NCBI RefSeq assembly: GCF_000143415.4
Contig: NW_003314273.1
Coordinates: 1,766,052-1,830,051 of the forward strand
Direction of reading: 5' to 3'
Source: Selaginella moellendorffii
Lineage: Eukaryota > Plantae > Lycopodiophyta
DNA length: 64,000 nucleotides
The translations under genes were made by a program, and so were the position numbers. Below, in pieces: positions 39,401 through 50,294 of this stretch (position 1 is the stretch's first letter; each line of letters starts with the position of its first letter). Below the pieces are notes generated by a model, which worked only from the letters and a program-made list of their open reading frames with translations, did no database searches and was not told the DNA's origin.

Positions 39401-40966
39401 CTATGCCGGTTTGAGATACTTGTCCACATATCCCTGATCGAAAAACAAAAGAACACCAAATAAGCTTTAGACAGCAATGTAACATTGATTACCTGAACAA
39501 GTTTGGAGATTTTCGGACGAGAAAATTCGATGAAATGATCAACTTTCTTAGGAGTCTTTGGAATGTGATTGCCTTCCAAAGTACCCACCACCTTGTCCAC
39601 AGCCTTCTTCGCAATGGTCTTGTATACATCTTTGCTCATTTTTCCTTCCTTCCACCTGGGTTGGAGACAGTCTTTGACACACTCAGTCACTGCTACCCTC
39701 ACTAGCATTGCGGCTTTACTGTCTTTGGCCTTCTTCTTCTTAGTCTTCTTTTGGCCGCTCTTTTCATCTGCCTCAGCGTCCAGGTCTGCATCAGGCTCGT
39801 CAGCGCTTTCTGCAATCTGTGGGGAATCCTTGTCCATCTCAGGCTCAGGCATCTTTGCGCCACTCGCGTCTTGATGCCCCTCATCATGTTTTGCACCGGG
39901 CATATCGGGACTTATAGCCTCCATCAAGGGTTCCCCCAAGCGCATGGATGTAGTAATGTTGTCTTGCTGCCGCGGTGGTGGAATAAAAGCGCCAAATGGA
40001 GGAATAAATGGCGGCGGTGGCAGCGGGGCCGTTAGTTGATACTGGTACAGTGTGTTTTGTTCTGGAGGATGCACTGCTACTGCTGGTGGTGGTATCCAAA
40101 CTTGCTGTTGGGAGCCATTTACGCCCATGTAGCTGGTGCCTCCTCCATAAGGTGGAGGCAAATGGTTAACTTGTCCGTTCTCTGGCATCATCGAGGTGTG
40201 TGTTTGTTCCTGCAGTCTAGGACCCTCGTCAAGCTTGCGAGCTCTATCTCTTCCATGGTAATCCGCGGCATTTCTCCTCCCTTCGCCATCGTCGTGGATA
40301 TACTTGCATGAAGATCCTTTGGTGCAGCTTCCTCGGGAATAGTCGTAGCATATCTGTCGGTTCCTCTCTACATTAGCCCTTGGATCGCCACGCTTGTGCG
40401 GCATGGGGCTCCTACTCCGGCTGCGACTTCTACGACTGCAACAACATTGGAGCACTTGAGTTGAGAAGGACCAGTAGCCTACGAGTTAGATACCTGTTCC
40501 TTCGGGGAGACCTGCTTCGGCTCCGGTTGTTTCTTCTACGTGGATCGGAGGAGGGACTTTGCCGCTTGCTCCTTTTGTGCGGCCTCTCACCGGCATCAGA
40601 ATCAGCGCCTTGTTTCAGGTCCGAAGTTCTAGCGGATTCCTCAGCTGGTTCCCGTCTTCTCCGGGGTCCTTCCCCGTTGCTGTTGTTTTGAGACGCTCCC
40701 ATGTTTAGCTCGGCATCGGATCCATGGCTCGCTCTCGTGCGCTCCCGGTCGCTCTTGGGTCGCCTGCTATCTGGCAAACGCAAACACCAATGCCCGAGTT
40801 GCTGGCCGCGAAACCAAACAAGAAAAAAGAAAAGAAAACCTTTCCTTGGCGTGCTGCTGGCGGCACCTACATTCTCCGCTCCTAAAATCACCATTGATTC
40901 AGACAAAGCAGCGGCTGGTACGTGTGTTAGTACCTTCCATAGCGGCGGGGGCTTCAAGTCAGCCAT
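39401..40966 (-). CDS. CCCH zinc-finger protein with RS-rich region and C-terminal SRI-like domain
   Basis: CYDYSRGSCTKGSSCKYIH, RSRSRSP repeats, VKDCLQPRWKEGKMSKDVYKTIAKKAVDKV...GYVDKY. Confidence 0.85.
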
Positions 40967-41077
40967 GAGCCCATACGAGACAGCGTCGTCCCTCCCTTGG
41001 CACACCCGCCCTAACACCAATAAACTAGCAAAAGCCCTAAAACTCTTCTAGGGCTTATAGCAGTGTTGTTTTGTCCC

Positions 41078-42609
41078 ATGGCGCCGCTGTCGGGACATGG
41101 CGCGCGCGTCCTCAGCATCCAATCCCACACCGTGCATGTAAGCGCTCAAAATCTCACTGGATTGCAAGTGATCCCGAGCTTTTACTCTACTCGAGACAGG
41201 GATACGTTGGAAATAAATCGGCGGTCTTTCCCTTGCAGCTCCTGGGATTCGATGTTGATCCGATCAACTCCGTACAGTTCTCCAATCACACAGGCAAGAC
41301 CAATGCGCTCCTCGCTTTTCTCTTTTTCTTTTCCCAGTGCGTTTAGCGTGCGCTCTCTAGAGGTGCAGGATATCCAGTGTGGCGCGGCCAAGTTTTGGAC
41401 GGGGACCAGCTCTGGGCTCTCATCGAAGGACTAGAAGCGAATAACTTGCTCTTTTACACGCATCTCTTGACCGGTTAGCAACTCATCTCCTTCATTCTCT
41501 TCCTCACTCGTACGTACTCTTCTCAAGGCTACATCGGATCGGCTTCGTTCCTGAGAACCGTTCACAGGGTCATCGAGAAGCTGAGGTCCGTGAATCCCAA
41601 TCTCGTTTACGGTAGGTATGTTTCCCTCCATTTTCTTACTATCTTTCTCATCACGCAATGCATGCAGTTTGTGACCCTGTCATGGGTGATGAAGGGAGGC
41701 TGTACGTCGCTCCTGAGCTAGTCCCGCTGTTTAGAGATCTGGTAACTTGTTGGTCTATCGTGCCCGGCGGCATTCTCATGTTTGAGATACTTCAGATCGT
41801 TCCTGTAGCAACTATGCTGACACCGAACCAATTCGAAGCAGAGCGGCTGACTGGCCGCAGGTACATCGATGGTCCATTGTTCGTGTTGTAACCGCAACTG
41901 TTTTAACAGCATACGTACGACACATGATGCGAGGCAAGCTTGCAGAGATCTCCACGGCGCCGGGCCGTCAAAGGTATTTCTTTCCTGAACTTTTCTATCT
42001 TGCGGACCCGGTGATTGTGTACAGGTGGTGATCACCAGCATGGACGCGGACGAGAAGCTATTGCTTGTTGGAAGTCATAAGAAGGTTCGTGGTCTCTTCT
42101 CTTTGAGAGTGTTTTGAGATGCTGTGTTCACAGGGCGAGTCGTTCAGACAGTTTCAGATCTCCATACCGAAACTCCCCATGTACTTTACGGTAACCTTTT
42201 CTGGAGTGGCTTCTGCACGTTGGTTTTCATCACCCTACACTTTTGCAGGGGACCGGGGACCTGATGACCTCATTGCTTCTCGGCTGGAGCCATGTAAGTT
42301 TGAGACCGACGTTGTGCTTTCCTTGGCTGACTTTTTAAAGCAGAGATATCCGGATAGTCTTGAAACTGCAGCAGAGTTGGCTGTCTCGAGCCTCCAGGTG
42401 TGACTTGTGGTGTTATTTTTGTTCTTTCCTTGTGGGGAATGCTGCTTACTAATTAGCTTGTCCAACAGGCCGTTCTGCACAAAACTTTGTCTGTTTACAA
42501 GGAGGAAGGCGTGCAAGTGAAGGCAAAGCAGCCGGAGCTGCAGCTAGTCCAGAGCCAAGAGGAAATCAAGTCACCTACAACCAGATTTGTCGCGGAAATT
42601 CTATCATGA
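41078..42609 (+). CDS. SOS4: Pyridoxal kinase
   Basis: [67 protein letters not shown]. Confidence 0.96.
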
Positions 42610-42651
42610 CCGGAACACGCAACAGCAAGCGCATTTTAGCAAATAACAAGT

Positions 42652-43286
42652 TTACAAGCGAGCTTTGATCTTGGCAGCATCCGCTGAGGCACTACCACTA
42701 GTGACACTCTCGTAGGCCTTTGAGTGATGGGTTTCAGGGACACGGCCTTCGGTATTCTCCAAAACAGTATGGTCTACTTCCTCTGCCACCTGATGCAGGA
42801 GTTTGCAAATCGTCTTGTCAAAATCTTACGTACCTGGCTGGCGTCTTTTGCAGGATTTGGGGGCATGATCGATTCTGCAATGCGGTCCTTGGTCTTTTGA
42901 ACGGCACCCTTGGCGTTGTCGTAAGTGTGAGACACCTCCTTGATCAGGTTCTCCATGGACTTCCTCCCCGCCTCCATAGCTTCCACAGGTAGAGGAAGCA
43001 CAGCGAGCTTCTCCATCACCGTGTCCCTCATCAGCACGAGAGCGGCTCTCACATCCGACGCCACCTCCTTGGAGGCTTGAATTACAGCAGTCCCTGATGA
43101 GAAGCGCTGCTCAAAGCTGGCACAAGCGTCTCACGGAAACACACACATACCACGCTTTGGGGGCGCGTAGAGCGATCCTTGCCCCACCGATTCGTCCAAT
43201 TCTTGGACACGAGCAACGTCCTTGAGCTGCTCTTGAGGTGCGTACAGCTTGCCCGTTCCCTCGAAATCCTTCTTCTTGGGCTCCAT
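42652..43286 (-). CDS. Uncharacterised hydrophilic (LEA-like) protein with C-terminal PTS1 ARL>, 3 exons
   Basis: Three exons splice in frame through GT-AG introns. Ends ADAAKIKARL*. Confidence 0.7.
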
Positions 43287-43418
43287 TCTTTGCCTGTGTG
43301 TGTGGTTTGAGCACTTTAAACACATTTAAACACCATGAGTAAACGGTTGCCATCTGGACGCTCGCATACATGCCAAGTGTCACTCCTTAGAATTATCATT
43401 TAGCTTCACTCAATTCAA

Positions 43419-44633
43419 TCAACACAGTAGACTATCAACGCGATCCCGGCCCAGCGATTTGTCGGCTTGACACAAATCTATATAGTCCGCGTAACTGGAT
43501 TGCCTGTACATGGCTGGATGGCTAGAGCTGAGCAGCTCTTGCGCGGGGCAAATGCTCACGCCGGGAAGAGGAGAATAATTGGCGACGATAGAGACGCGCT
43601 CCGAGTGCTCAAAGACGAGAGCCCTGTGCCCTTGGCTCTTGTATTTGCCATTGCTTATCACCTGGCCCATTCACAGTTACAAGGGCTAAGCTAAGATATG
43701 AATCTTTCGTGTACTAGCTTGCCTGTGTGACATCGCCAATGTTGACAATGAGACCGTCGCGTACGGGCTTGACGGGCAGCCACAAGCCATTCTTGAGCAC
43801 CTCGAGGCCTTCCTTTTCGCTCTCCTCGATCAGGATGGTGAAGGTGTCCATGTCTGAGTGGGCACCCACGCCCAGAACTCGATCAGCAAAGGGGCACAAG
43901 GGATACAAGTTAAGGCGAAGGCTCGCAACACTGTCCGCCAAAACTTCCTTAAAGTGATCGCGGGGCAAGCCGAGTGATTCAGAGAGGTCGGCTGCTAGCT
44001 TCTGTGCGTACGCTCCGATCTGCTTTCCAGCTTCATCCACATAGACCCTGTGCACAAGTAAATCGTCAACCTTGAATACACCATGCATTTTGAAGGACCT
44101 GAGCAACTCGGGCTTGTCGGGCCACACCGTTTCCACATTGCGGGCCGATTCCGGGGACAGATACATGCACAGAGTGTCGACCCAGTCGCTTGTTCCATCG
44201 GATGACTTCCCGAAGGCACCATACCCGGCACTCTCTCCCGTCTTCCTCCTCCACTTCCGCTTCTCTTCAGACGGCATCACGTAGAACTCATACGCCAGCG
44301 TCCTCAAGTTTCGGACCACCTCCATGTCAACTCCGTGATTGACAACCTGCGTGCGCACAGCTTGGTCAACTATCACAGTTCACACCGACCACAATCTTTA
44401 TAGCAGACCTGAAAGAAGCCCCAATCCTGGCATGCCTCTTTGAGCTCCCTCAGCATTGTGCTCCTGTCGTGCAACATATCAATGACTGGGATCTCGAGGC
44501 CCAAGGTGGTGCAACGCCCGTCTCTGGGACCATAGCCATCCGGCTGAACAAAGCGCCGCGGAACTGTTTTGGGACAGCTCTTCAGAAGCTCTTGGATCGC
44601 CTGCCCTTCCTCGCCTCCACTGCCTTCCTCCAT
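43419..44633 (-). CDS. 2-oxoglutarate/Fe(II) dioxygenase (DOXC class)
   Basis: IPVIDM, ACQDWGFFQ-VVNHGV, LRLNLYPLCP, HSD, NGKYKSQGHR, RVS. Last intron is GC-AG. Confidence 0.95.
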
Positions 44634-44962
44634 CGCGTTGCGTGCTCCAGCGTTCTCGACCTGCAGGGGATTGTAAGGTGGCGCAATGCATATAGATGTC
44701 TGAGACTCGAGAAGGAAAATGAAGAGCTCAAGATATAACTCTCCAAGATGGCGGAGCAACTAACTGGTAGGTGGATGTTTGTTGAAATTGACATGGAGAT
44801 TCGGAGAGCTGTGACCATGCTGTCACAAACACATATGAACCTCGCATTTGAAGTGATCTCACTCATCTCTATCCGATCCAATCCATTTTGACCAATCAAA
44901 GTCAAGCTGACCGTGTGCTGACCATGTTCCCAACGATTTCGCACCTTGTCTGGAATTGATGG

Positions 44963-47275
44963 ATGCTACCACGGCGAGCGGTCGATGACCCACAGGTGAC
45001 TGCGTTTGCGCGAGCTCTTGGCGCGTGTGCTACCTCCAGGAACCTCGCGCAGGGCAAGCGCGTCCATGCCAACATCCTGGGCAGCGAGCACCGGGAGGAC
45101 AGGTTCCTCGGGAACCTCCTGGTTGACATGTATGCCAAGTGTGGCAGCGCCCAGGACGCGAGGCTGGCCTTCGACGGGATCGTCAGCAGAAACGTCTTCT
45201 CTTGGAACATCCTGGTCGCGGCCTACGAGCAGAATGGACGAGCCCACGACTCGGCAGCTGCCTTCTCGCGGATGCCGCAGCACAACGTCGTCTCCTCGAA
45301 TGTCATGCTCAAGATCCTGGCCCGCGAGCGAGACCTCGAGGGAGCGGTACGCACGTTTCTGTGGATGCCGGTGCGTGATGTGCTCTCCTGGAACACCATG
45401 ATCCTTGCACAGACCCAGGAGCTCCTAGAGCCCGCGACACAGATGTTTGAGCGGATGCCGGCATGGAGCCTGGTCACCTGGAACACAATGCTCGCAGCAC
45501 ATTCCATAAGCGGGGATCTGGAAAGTGCCTACACCATCTTTGATTCGATGCCGCGGAGAGATGCCGTGTCGTACAACGCAATGCTCATGGTGTACGCCCA
45601 CCACGGCATGGTGGATGCAGCAAGGAGCATGTTTTTCAGGATGGAGCACAGGGACGTTATCTCGTGGACGTCTATGTTTCAGGCTTATGCCCAGAGCGGG
45701 CATCTTGTTGAGAGCCGCATTCTCTTTGAGAAATCTCCCCAGTGGGACGCTCCCTCTTGGAACTCGATTATCGTTGCTCATGCAAACAACGGGCATCTTC
45801 GTGAGGCGGTGGATCTGTTCGAGCGGATGCCGGAGCGGGATATCGTGGCTGCGACCATCATCGTCCAGGCATGCGTGCACAGCCGAGAACTTGACAAGGC
45901 CGTCCGGGTGTTTGTGACGATGTCGTATCGCAGCGTGACGACTTGGAACTCCATGATCCACGGCTACTTTCAGAATGGCCAGTACGAGGAGATGCTACAA
46001 ACGCTGGACAGGATGCCATCCTGGAATGTTGGGTCCTGGAACCCCACAATTGCGGCCTTTTCGCAGAGCAACCAGCTCCAGAAGGCTCGGGACATGTTCG
46101 ACTCGATGCTGGAGCGGGATGTGGTGACGTGGAACTCCATGCTCACGGGTTTGTCTCAGAATGGTCACGTCCGGGAGGCCGTGACCATGTTTCAAGCGAT
46201 GCCGCAGCGTGATGTCGTGTCGTGGAACGCAATGGTGGCAGCTTACGGCAAGAACGAGCAGCTCAAGTACGCCGAGTCCATATTCAAGCGTATGCCGCAG
46301 TGGGACTTGGTGTCGTGGAACTCGCGAATGGCGGCCTGCCTCGACAACTTCGACATGGAAGCGGCCAAGGAATCCTTCGACGCAATGCCCCAGCACACCG
46401 TTGTCTCCTTCACAGCGATGGTTCACGCGTTTGGACAAGCTGGTCGAGTGGACGAAGCCTGGACTGGTTTCTCCAAAATGCCGCAGCACAATCTCGTGTC
46501 CTGGAATGCCATGGTCGCTGCATTCGGTCAGAACCGGTATACCGATGAAGCTGCCGCTCTCTTCAGTGAGATGCCCGAGTGGAACCTCCTGTCGTGGAAC
46601 CTGATGATCACTGCTCTCGGGTCGACTGGATACCTCGTGGAAGCGAAGCGTTTACTGGATAGTATGCCCGAGGAGGATCTTCTAGCAAAGACTGCTTTGA
46701 TTACAGCCTATGGGTCATACGGCCGGGTGGTGGAAGCAAAGGTGTTGTTTGATACCACCACGCAACGGGATCTAGTGGTCTGGACGGCTATGCTCGAAGT
46801 TTATGCTCACAATGGACACTGCTTCTCGGCTTTCGAGATCTTCCAGGACATGGATTGTGAGGGAGTGAAGCCCAATGAAGTGTCGGTGCTCTGCCTCCTC
46901 ACTGGCTGCAGCCACAAAGGCATGGTGGACAGTGGCCGTTTTTATTTTGTGGCTGCATTGGAGAGCTATGGATTGAAACACACGATTCAGCATTTCCATT
47001 GCATGATAGACATGCTGGGGCGTGCCAAGCGGCTGAACGAAGCAGAAGAGCTAGTTGAAACGATGCCATTTGTGGCTGATGACTGGGCTTGGGCCATTCT
47101 CCTGTCAGCTTGCAAAGTTCACGGAGATGTAGAGCGTGGAAAGCGAGCTGCGAAGCGCGTAATGCAGCTAGAGTCCGGCAATGGAGCTTCCTACGTGCTT
47201 TTATCCAGCATGTTTGCCGTCGAGGATGATTCTAAGACGGACGCAGCTACCGTTAAGCTGGATGCTTATGCTTAA
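44963..47275 (+). CDS. PLS-class PPR protein dominated by tandem short (S/SS) motifs, E domain, intronless
   Basis: About 17 consecutive 31-aa repeats (FxRMPxRDVVSWNAM), HFHCMIDMLGRA, WAILLSACKVHGD, SYVLLS. No DYW. Confidence 0.93.
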   Translation: MLPRRAVDDPQVTAFARALGACATSRNLAQGKRVHANILGSEHREDRFLGNLLVDMYAKCGSAQDARLAFDGIVSRNVFSWNILVAAYEQNGRAHDSAAAFSRMPQHNVVSSNVMLKILARERDLEGAVRTFLWMPVRDVLSWNTMILAQTQELLEPATQMFERMPAWSLVTWNTMLAAHSISGDLESAYTIFDSMPRRDAVSYNAMLMVYAHHGMVDAARSMFFRMEHRDVISWTSMFQAYAQSGHLVESRILFEKSPQWDAPSWNSIIVAHANNGHLREAVDLFERMPERDIVAATIIVQACVHSRELDKAVRVFVTMSYRSVTTWNSMIHGYFQNGQYEEMLQTLDRMPSWNVGSWNPTIAAFSQSNQLQKARDMFDSMLERDVVTWNSMLTGLSQNGHVREAVTMFQAMPQRDVVSWNAMVAAYGKNEQLKYAESIFKRMPQWDLVSWNSRMAACLDNFDMEAAKESFDAMPQHTVVSFTAMVHAFGQAGRVDEAWTGFSKMPQHNLVSWNAMVAAFGQNRYTDEAAALFSEMPEWNLLSWNLMITALGSTGYLVEAKRLLDSMPEEDLLAKTALITAYGSYGRVVEAKVLFDTTTQRDLVVWTAMLEVYAHNGHCFSAFEIFQDMDCEGVKPNEVSVLCLLTGCSHKGMVDSGRFYFVAALESYGLKHTIQHFHCMIDMLGRAKRLNEAEELVETMPFVADDWAWAILLSACKVHGDVERGKRAAKRVMQLESGNGASYVLLSSMFAVEDDSKTDAATVKLDAYA

Positions 47276-47347
47276 CTTTGGAGCCATTGACTTACACCAC
47301 TGGAAAGCGATAAGGCAAGCGAGCAAGGAAGCAATAGAAGAGAATCC

Positions 47348-48692
47348 ATGGTTGCATTCGCGTCTATTTCCTGGACACGCTTAAAAGCTGGTCATATCCT
47401 TCCGGTGAGCTCCAGATTGAGGCAGAATTTGCTATCGCCGGTGAAAGTAGCAGTACCAACAGTATGTATGGAGAAAGGCAACAAATCTATTTCCTTTGGA
47501 GACAAATTGCTCGACTACATCGAAGGTAAGCCTCTCTTACGTCCCGCGCTAACGTTGTTCAACTCATTGTTCTAGGAGGCCCGAAAATGAGGAAGTGGTA
47601 TGGAGCACCAGATGTGCAATCTACCGAGTTTGCAGGTACGTGTGTGTTTTGGTTGAGAAATGGATTATCTGACTTATATCGACAAGCAGAGGAGAAAAAA
47701 GAAGACGATAACCAAGAAGAAGAAGAAGAAGAAGAAGAGGAAGGAGTTAGAGATGCTGTTCTTGTTACTGATGCAGACAGCGAGACTGGTCAGGTTGAGC
47801 AACTTCTTTTTTTCCTCGTGTTTCCTCTCTTTTTGATACCAAGAATTCTGGTTGCAGTTAGTGGTGCTGTCTCTCATTGTCCAACGCTGTCGAGTTCGGG
47901 TTCTAGTTCGCGACGTGAAACTTGCCACCAATGCTTTTGGTTCCTATGTGGAGGTAAGAGATTTCTTTGGCAGTCTGATGCAAAAAGCCTATTTTGTAAA
48001 GCCCATCGTTGGCACTGTGAACGACAGGGGGAGTCTGATCAAAGCATGCAAGGAAGTGCGAGCCATTATATGCCCAAAGAAGGTAGTGTTTTTCTTTGCT
48101 CCTGTTACAATTTCTCCTTTTTCTTCTTTTATAGCTGGGAGCTCTGGCTGAGAATGACAAGAAGATGTTGAAAGGAGTGGAACACATTGTTTACGTCTCA
48201 GAGGTAACAGACACTTCTATGCATGTTCATCTGTGATGATCGCCGTGCAGCTCGCAAGCTCCCGCGCAGCAAGAGGCCTCCAGTCACTGCTCCGGTCAGG
48301 ATCAGCACAAGACGCTCTCCGAGACGAAGCTGCTCTCGCAAAACTCGGTGTCCCATACACCATACTCCGGCCAGCGATGCTGAGAGACGAACCAGGCGGT
48401 GTCAGGGGTTTCAGGGTCAGGAGAGTTGATCAATTGGAAGACAGCTCCGGGGTAAGCAGAAGCCATGTTTCCATCTCACGCGAAACTCTTCTTCTCCCTC
48501 TGTAGATCGAAGGGATGATGAGCAGAGAAGACGCGGCACTCTTGTGTGTCAAAGCACTGGACGCAAGGCCCCAGCAAGCACTTGTTCTAGAGGTAAATCG
48601 CAACGTTTCCGGCATTTGTTCCAACGTCGCTCTCACAGATCGCCAACGTTGATGCGCAAGCGAGAGATGTAGAGGCGGTATTCGGAGGTTGA
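47348..48692 (+). CDS. Plastid NAD(P)-binding Rossmann (NmrA/atypical SDR-like) protein
   Basis: FGDKLLDYIEGGPKMRKWYGAP, DAVLVTDADSETGQ, GVPYTILRPAMLRDEPGG, SREDAA. Confidence 0.8.
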
Positions 48693-48743
48693 GAACATCT
48701 TGTAAATGTCTACAGTGTATCCAATTCTAGGGTTCTTGGGAGG

Positions 48744-50045
48744 ATGAAGGCGTCGGCCAAGCTGCGCGATGGGCAGGAGCCGCTGCTCCGAGCCAAGATC
48801 CCGCTCAACATCCTGGGGCTGCCAATCTGCTCGGGCGTGAGCATGGGCAGCAGCCAGGAGCTGGGGCTCCACGTCTCGACGCTGGTGGCGGCGGGGCCTT
48901 CATGCCGGGTAACATTTCTCCCCAACGATTCCCACGCGCCCGTGTGTGTGATGCTCAAGGCAGGGTTTGGGCCTTGGGGATCTCCCGTGGGCTCCTGCCT
49001 CGCCATCTCCGCGCAGCTCAAGCTTCCAACTTGGAGCCAGCAGCGACCCTCCTTTTCCATTTCACTCAAGCCGCGCAATGGTGATTTCATGCTGCTCAAG
49101 AATGTGAGGGGAATCGAGCTCAAGGGCCGCAAACCAAGCAAGGAAGAATCGCCGGACGAGGCGACTGCCACGAATGGCGTGAGTGTTGCGGAGCTGGCCA
49201 AAGCATTTGACAAGGAGAAAACAAGCAGCACCAAGAATGTGAATGGCTGCTTGGAAGACGATGGCTGGGTGATCCCCGACGCTGGAACGATGACAAGAAC
49301 ACGAACAAGAGGTTTCAGCTCCACCCCGGCTGCCTTCAAGGGGTGGAGTGTAGCAGCGCACAGCAGCCTTCCCCTGGGGCAACGGGTGTACGCTGGAATA
49401 AGATGGCGAGTGGGAGTCCCTGGAGATTTGGTTGAGACTCTGGCCTCTAATCCTCACAAGCTCTGGTCACGATTGAGCTCCCCGGTTCTCAAGCTCGACA
49501 AGATCACCCTCTACAGCATCGAGCCCAAGGACGATCAAGCGAAGCCCGACAGCATGAGTGATTCCATGGCAGCAGCTCACCAAGCTTGGATGGAGGAGAA
49601 CCAAGAGCTTAACAAGGTCGCGGCCATGTGTTCTTCCATACGGAGGCAACTCCATCTGGTGTACAGCGAGAACCGGGTTCTGAGGAACACACTGGAGGAG
49701 ATGCGAAGGAACTTTAACAGCAGGGGAAGCACCCCCACGGAGATGCCATCTTCCATAGTCATGGACAAGGCTCTGCTACCATTGGCCGACTACGAGAACG
49801 TCCACAGGAGTCAGCAATCGCCAATCCCGGGGAAGAAGGAATTTGATGCCGATGCTACTGCTCCGGCCGCTGACAAGAATAGGGAGCAACGGAATCAATA
49901 CCAGAGCAAACAACACAAGCCACGGCCGCCGGATACTGCTGCGGTAGCTCCCGAGAAATCTGTCCCTCCGCCACCTCCCGCTCCTTCGGCGTCTGCAGTT
50001 GCCAAGGAGCTCAAAAAGGCAATCAATGCAAGCAAATCGACGTGA
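48744..50045 (+). CDS. OEP40: Chloroplast outer-envelope pore OEP40-like protein, intronless
   Basis: MKASAKLRDGQEPLLRAKIPLNILGLP...GPS...PND...KAGFGPWGSP, KPRNGDF, LKLDKI, coiled coil, and ELKKA end. Resemblance to Arabidopsis OEP40 is from memory. Confidence 0.7.
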   Translation: MKASAKLRDGQEPLLRAKIPLNILGLPICSGVSMGSSQELGLHVSTLVAAGPSCRVTFLPNDSHAPVCVMLKAGFGPWGSPVGSCLAISAQLKLPTWSQQRPSFSISLKPRNGDFMLLKNVRGIELKGRKPSKEESPDEATATNGVSVAELAKAFDKEKTSSTKNVNGCLEDDGWVIPDAGTMTRTRTRGFSSTPAAFKGWSVAAHSSLPLGQRVYAGIRWRVGVPGDLVETLASNPHKLWSRLSSPVLKLDKITLYSIEPKDDQAKPDSMSDSMAAAHQAWMEENQELNKVAAMCSSIRRQLHLVYSENRVLRNTLEEMRRNFNSRGSTPTEMPSSIVMDKALLPLADYENVHRSQQSPIPGKKEFDADATAPAADKNREQRNQYQSKQHKPRPPDTAAVAPEKSVPPPPPAPSASAVAKELKKAINASKST

Positions 50046-50294
50046 TTGCTTGTGTCATGATGTATATAGGAAAATGTAAAGTAAGTTTTCTCAAATCAAG
50101 ATGAACAGTCTATTTACAAGATTCAATCAAAGGAACTTCTCCAAACCAAAACTCTATAGGCCATTGCAAGCGTGCCACCTTTCAGTTATACGTGCCAAAC
50201 TGAGCTTGGTCCTACTGATCAGCGTGAGGCCTCCGTGAAAGAATGAGTTTAGTAAAAGTCCACCACCGTGATTGTGATGGAAGAAAAACGGGCT

